This document shows positions 58,400 to 64,000 of a DNA stretch of 64,000 nt, piece after piece. The DNA comes from Octopus vulgaris (taxonomy: Eukaryota). The translations under genes were made by a program, and so were the position numbers. The notes beneath the pieces are model-generated. The model was not told the origin of the DNA and did not search any database. It was given only the letters and a program-made list of their open reading frames with translations. The first letter of the stretch is position 1. Each line of letters starts with the position of its first letter. Location: contig OX597825.1 of NCBI GenBank assembly GCA_951406725.2, forward strand, positions 5,084,001-5,148,000, read 5' to 3'.

Positions 58400-58483
58400 C
58401 TGTGCACTTAACGGCCAATAAAATAACTTCGTATCCCAGCAGGAAGGCGGTCGTAAGGGTTAATGAGGTGCAGCAGAAGAACC
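58400..58483 (-). CDS. Candidate 84-nt exon encoding a TM-like segment ((G)FFCCTSLTLTTAFLLGYEVILLAVKCT)
   Basis: Acceptor tactcctgcag| and donor CAG|gtggtg. Phase 1 to 1, joining in frame to 53041 (KCT-E-KSTICK). Confidence 0.5.
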
Positions 58484-58992
58484 CTGCAGGAGTATATTTA
58501 AAAAGCACTAGCTCTCCTTTACTGTATACGAGAGTCACATCCCGTCGTGTGTGTATATATATATATATATATATTTGTCTGTATGTGGTTTGTGTTTGTA
58601 TACTATGTGTGTGTGTGTGTGTGTTGTTGTGTGTGTGTGTGTTTGTGTGTATATATATGTGTGTGACAAACAGACGCTGTCTGACCAGCAGGCACGGACA
58701 CATCTATTCACACCGCATACTAACCTCTGATAACCCCAAAATCATTCATGCATAAAGGAAGTATACACCACATTGGCTACTTCTGTTCTCTCAGTTCAGC
58801 CTTTCTGCTAATACTAACAGGTCAGTAAAAACATACTTAAAATATTCTGAGATGGACAAAAATCCATTTTAATTTTTGCTGTCAAAGATTGTATATATAT
58901 ACATGTAATGTGACAATTTGCGACAACCAATAATTAACGCAACCAATTCCCAATAATATATTTGTTTTATCCTTTTCCGCAAATTTTCAAAT

Positions 58993-59162
58993 AATGTGAC
59001 AATTATGTATAAAAAAACATTTTTGAATTCATAATATCCAATGTGACAATTATGTAAAAAACTTTTTGAATGTGTGACAATTATGTAAAAAACTTTTTGA
59101 ATGCATAATATTCAATGTGACAATTATGTAAAAACTTTTTTGAACCCATATTATTCAATGTT
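58993..59162. repeat. Minisatellite, ~31-46 bp unit (aatgtgacaattatgtaaaaaactttttgaatgcataatattc), ~4 copies
   Basis: Directly visible. Confidence 0.9.
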
Positions 59163-59235
59163 TCCTTAAATGTAACTTTTGACAATCTTTACCAAGTTTA
59201 TAAATAAACATCGTTTAAATTGCATTTCAAACCTT

Positions 59236-59272
<37 letters not shown>

Positions 59273-60837
59273 AGTGTATGTGTGTGTTTGTATATGTATA
59301 TGAGTGTGTGTGTGTGTTTATGTGTCTGTCTTTGTGTTTGTGTTTGTCTCCATCCAACGCCTGACACCCGATGCGGGTTTGTTTACGCCTGTAAAGTAGC
59401 GGTTCGGCAATGAGAAACGATGGAATAAGTACCAGGTGTGGGGGGGGGACCCAGATTGAAATATATCCGCAGCGCAAGTTCTTGCAGTGGCCTTCGTAAC
59501 CAATCCATATACACCACAGTTCAGGGAAATAAGATCAGTTGAAGTTTCCAAGCACAATCCCACAAGGTGGCATTTCGAAAACAGCAGGAAGACAATTCGG
59601 TGTTATGATCTAGATGGGGCAGTCCCGCTTCGAATGTCGGATAGCTAACGGACGGAAATACTAGCTTGAAGAGTTTACCTACTGTCAGCTCAGCCTGTGG
59701 CGAGTTTACTCTTACAAGAAATCTCGTACCTCATAATATTGCGCCCCGAAATAATGAAAAGAAAAGAGAACCTCGGTAGATTTTGAGCTCGGAGTTAAGG
59801 GCGTCTGAGAGATTACCACAAAGCGAACCCTCCGGAGCTTCTACGACAATCCTGTCAATTGCCCGATTCAGGATAGCATTATTTCATTAATTAGAGTATA
59901 GAATTTGAGATTATAGCATAATGTTATCTTTAATTGTGTCATAAATTTCGTCAATAAATAATTCTTCGCTGTAGATAAAATTTGTTTAAAGATAGATTTC
60001 AATAAAACAGTGAATAAATGCTCTTTTATTATATTCATTATCGACTACGTTTATTTCTACTTCACCCAATTAAAGTTTTATTAACCCGTATAACCTTATT
60101 TGTTATCACCGAGTGTGTGTGTGAAAGGCATTGTTAGACGTATTAATTTGGATAAACTTGGGGTAATTGAAGAATATCAAAGATAATTGAAGAAGCTCAT
60201 ATTCGAAGTCAAACGCTGTCACGTCGGTACATATCAATAAAGAGTTGGCGTGAACTGAGTGAGAAATAGAGGTGGAGAGAGGGTATCATGTGATGAGGAG
60301 GGAGAGAAGTGGAGATTGGGCGATAGGAGAGCGATAAGGAGAAGATAGAAAGATTGAAAGAGAGGTGAAAGAAAAGGAAAGATAGAGACGGCGAAATTGA
60401 GAGAAAAGGGAAGAGAGAAAAGACGGCGGGAAGTGGGGAAAGAGAGCGAGAGTTTCAAAAGGAAAAAAGGGTAGTGAACTATGGAAGATGTAGAGGAGAG
60501 GAAGAAGACATAAGAACAAAAATGGTGGTGGTGGTGGGAGGAGGGGGAGAATGGATGAAAAGGAGAATGCGTGAGATGAAGGATATAAAAGCAGTGAATG
60601 AACGGACAAAAAGGGGTGGAATTAGTACAGGGGGGGGGAAGGAAGAGGATAAAGATGAAAGAATAAGTGAAAAATGAAAAGAAGAAAGAAGAAAAGTTCA
60701 AGACAGATGTAAGAGAAAATGAAAGGATTGTTTTTATGTATGAGTATACAGGACACACACACACACACACACACATAAACATATACATGCATGTATATAT
60801 ATATATTATAATACATTATATATATATAAAATAGGTA

Positions 60838-60877
<40 letters not shown>

Positions 60878-60916
60878 ATATGAATATATATATATAAAGA
60901 TAAATGTATATATATG

Positions 60917-60962
<46 letters not shown>

Positions 60963-60987
60963 AGAGAGAGAGAGAGAGAGAAAAGAG

Positions 60988-60988
60988 C

Positions 60989-61080
<92 letters not shown>

Positions 61081-61087
61081 AAGATAA

Positions 61088-61176
<89 letters not shown>

Positions 61177-61177
61177 C

Positions 61178-61256
<79 letters not shown>

Positions 61257-61260
61257 CAGA
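60988..61260. repeat. (TAGA)n microsatellite
   Basis: Directly visible. Confidence 0.95.
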
Positions 61261-61666
61261 CGCATATAGAGAGAAATGGAGAGAAGAAAGCCAGAAAATG
61301 GATGAAGAATATATATAAAAGAATGAAAGAGATACTGGATTGGTTATGTGTGTACGTGTATGTGTATGCGTATGTATACACACACATATGTATATATATA
61401 TAGAGAGAGAGAGGGGGAGAGAGAGAGAGAGAATTGGTTAGTTATAGACGTATGTATAAACTTACATTTCAACATAAACACACGCTCAAATATAGAAGAA
61501 AACAGAAAGAGAGAGAGGGGGTTGGAGAGAGAGAGAGAGAGAGAAAGAAAAGGAGAAAGTGAGAGGGGGAGGGACGGAGAGATGAAATAATAATTTGAAA
61601 GACAAATGAAGATGAAAACAGGCAGAAGCTTAAAGATGAAATGAAAGTAGGCAAATATGAGTAAGT

Positions 61667-61737
<71 letters not shown>

Positions 61738-62284
61738 GAATCGTGTTACTGCTGACGATAGTGATGGTGTTCGTGGGAGTGAAGGTGGGAGGCAAAGTGA
61801 AAGAGACACTAGTGTTTGAAAGAGCCCTGAGGGGCGGTGGGGTAGAGACGGTTCCTGAATTGAAGAACTCGACTGTTCGTAAACAACTTTAGCAGGATTC
61901 GATGCAATGCAAGAATGGTAAACAAGTTGAATTGGAAAAACAAGCCGAGGAATTATCTTCCCATTCCATCACCCGTGAACACGTACAGACAGACACAAAC
62001 AGAATGCGTATTCAGTCGCAACACCACCACAGTTTTCACTGTTCGCCATAACATTCTCATACATAGAAGAATTCTCAAACTGTTTTCGCTTTAAATCTCA
62101 TGGAAACGATGAACATGAAGCCACACTGAAGAAATACATGCACGAGTTCAGACAAAAACGGCAGAAACAAACACATTGGAACTCCTTCTACTTTTCTCCT
62201 TTCTACTTCTTTTTTTTTTGTACATGTACTCCACGTTCCAACGGACTCACCTGCACACAAATACAGTCATGCAGAGAGAAAAAC

Positions 62285-62386
<102 letters not shown>

Positions 62387-62663
62387 ATGTAGTGAATTGT
62401 AATGTGATTATATATGATTAAGCATATGAATTTAGATTTCAGTGTATATATTGTTTCAATATGCTCTGACTCTCAAAGAGAGAAAGTACGTTTTTATATA
62501 TCTATATATGTGTATATTTACGCATTTATATTTATGCATGCATAGATTTATATCTATATACTTATGTGTGTATCTGGTATATCTAACTATATGCATCTGC
62601 CGAGCGTTCTCAAGAGAGAGAATGAGTAAGAGAGATACATACACTCATACATACATACATACA

Positions 62664-62695
<32 letters not shown>

Positions 62696-62989
62696 ATATA
62701 TCTATTATGAATGTGTGTGTATGTGTGTATATTTATGTACACACTTGGGTATTCGGGCAATTTTAAATGTTAGATATTAAATTAATTTAGTATTTCTATG
62801 TATATCAGACTCAATCTGTAAAGAAAGTCGAGCAGTCTAATATATATATATATATATATATAATTGATATTTAAGCAGAAATTGTCTGCTGTAGTACTTT
62901 TGATAAATGTAGTTCACATTATTCAGCTAAACGTCGTCGATCTGTAGATGACTTGCGGCCTAAAATATTTACTGTGATTCTGAGAAGGC

Positions 62990-63760
62990 ACATTGGAATT
63001 GGTCGGTTTTATTATCACAGTAGTCAGAAATATAAGCATAGTGAACTTCTTAGACATTATATCAGACCTAAAAACAGATATAAATCAGCACTCAAGAAAC
63101 CAAGCGAAAAGCTTTTGCGTATCGGAAAGTGTCCCAGTCACATATTATGCTTGTAATGTTGGTAAAGTAGGTAAACGGACCTTTAATATATTGTTGCAAC
63201 TTTTTATGAACACCCGTTATTATAATAATGTGGTATTAAAAAAAGAAATTAAGGGGAAAGCGTTTGAATAAGCTTAGAGAATGAAACATAAGCTGTCTAG
63301 TTCAATCTTAAATCCAGCTTAAATCCAATTTAAAAATGAAGTCAGAGCAAGAAATTTCTTAGCTCTAATTAACAAACACTTCTCAATCAGCCCATCAGTA
63401 CCACTCTTGAATTAATTGAAATAAGATCAAATTTAGCTGCAGCTGCACAAAAATTATTGTTAATATTATAATGAATAAACGTTGAGGTGGTCTATTGAAT
63501 AAACACTCCAGAAATCAGCACAGCGATAACCATAAAATGTTTGTCCTGTTACGGTAAATATCTGACCACAGCTATCGTTTTCGGAGTCAATTTGAAAATC
63601 TTAAAAGAGTAGTAAAACGACTGAAAGGTGAGGCATTGCTGCTTCCGAGGGAACGTTTAAAAGCTGTTTTCTAAAACTTAAATTTATTTTCAAAAGCAAA
63701 GGATGAAAGCAAAATTCCAGTAGTAAGAACCACGCCACCTCCAGCAATATCAATAACATC
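62990..63760 (+). mobile_element. Decayed Penelope-like element: RT C-terminal/linker and start of GIY-YIG endonuclease
   Basis: Broken frames give ARNFLALINKHFS, NKIKFSCSCTK, GKYLTTAIVF and SEGTFKS. These follow the order of PLE motifs (FL.LI.KHF, K.SYSC, G.CL...VVY, E..FK.R). Confidence 0.65.
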
Positions 63761-64000
63761 TTCTAATGTGGTAACTCGATTTGCTAGAAATAGAAGTAAG
63801 ATTTCCCTCAAATATCTTTGCCGTGATACTCGATGATATAGTCTGCACATCAGCGTTTCCCTGACGCTTGGCCTGCAGATCTGTGCGCCTCATGAATGTC
63901 ACTGCGGATCCACTATGGATTCTTTCGGACTCCACCCACAGTCATGCGGTTACAATGCGGGCCGTCCTTAACAAGATCGTCAATCATGGCCTAGACGTTG

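Noticed and set aside
58423-58434. ATAACTTCGTAT, loxP half-site-like
   Set aside because: No spacer or inverted second half; lies inside an exon candidate; chance match.
58993-59162. CRISPR-like repeat array (also 8261-8324)
   Set aside because: Units are contiguous with no unique spacers, the context is eukaryotic and there are no cas genes; ordinary minisatellites.

Overview
AT-rich animal genomic DNA saturated with microsatellites. The SINE families and the (TA)n/(TACA)n/(TAGA)n load resemble an octopus (coleoid cephalopod) genome; this is inferred from pattern recall, not a search. Almost all ORFs in the track are translations of simple repeats. The window contains: (i) at least five SINE-like families in many copies; (ii) relics of RTE, R4/Dong-like, Tx1/L1-like and Penelope-like (PLE) retroelements, plus mariner, Tc1 and hAT-type DNA transposons; (iii) a near-perfect ~685-bp x2.55 tandem element and two long fold-back palindromes, all sitting in (TA)n; (iv) small, phase-compatible minus-strand exon candidates spread over ~56 kb, possibly encoding a Cys-rich membrane protein with a tetraspanin-like CCG motif. 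The main unexplained signal is about 10 minimal type-I hammerhead-ribozyme-like motifs. They belong to otherwise unrelated short elements, and most lie ~35-190 nt upstream of a microsatellite. Their catalytic cores co-vary at the 3:8 tertiary pair (C3:G8, G3:C8, U3:A8). One is carried by a tRNA-headed SINE. All folds and splice calls were made by eye and need computational and experimental confirmation.
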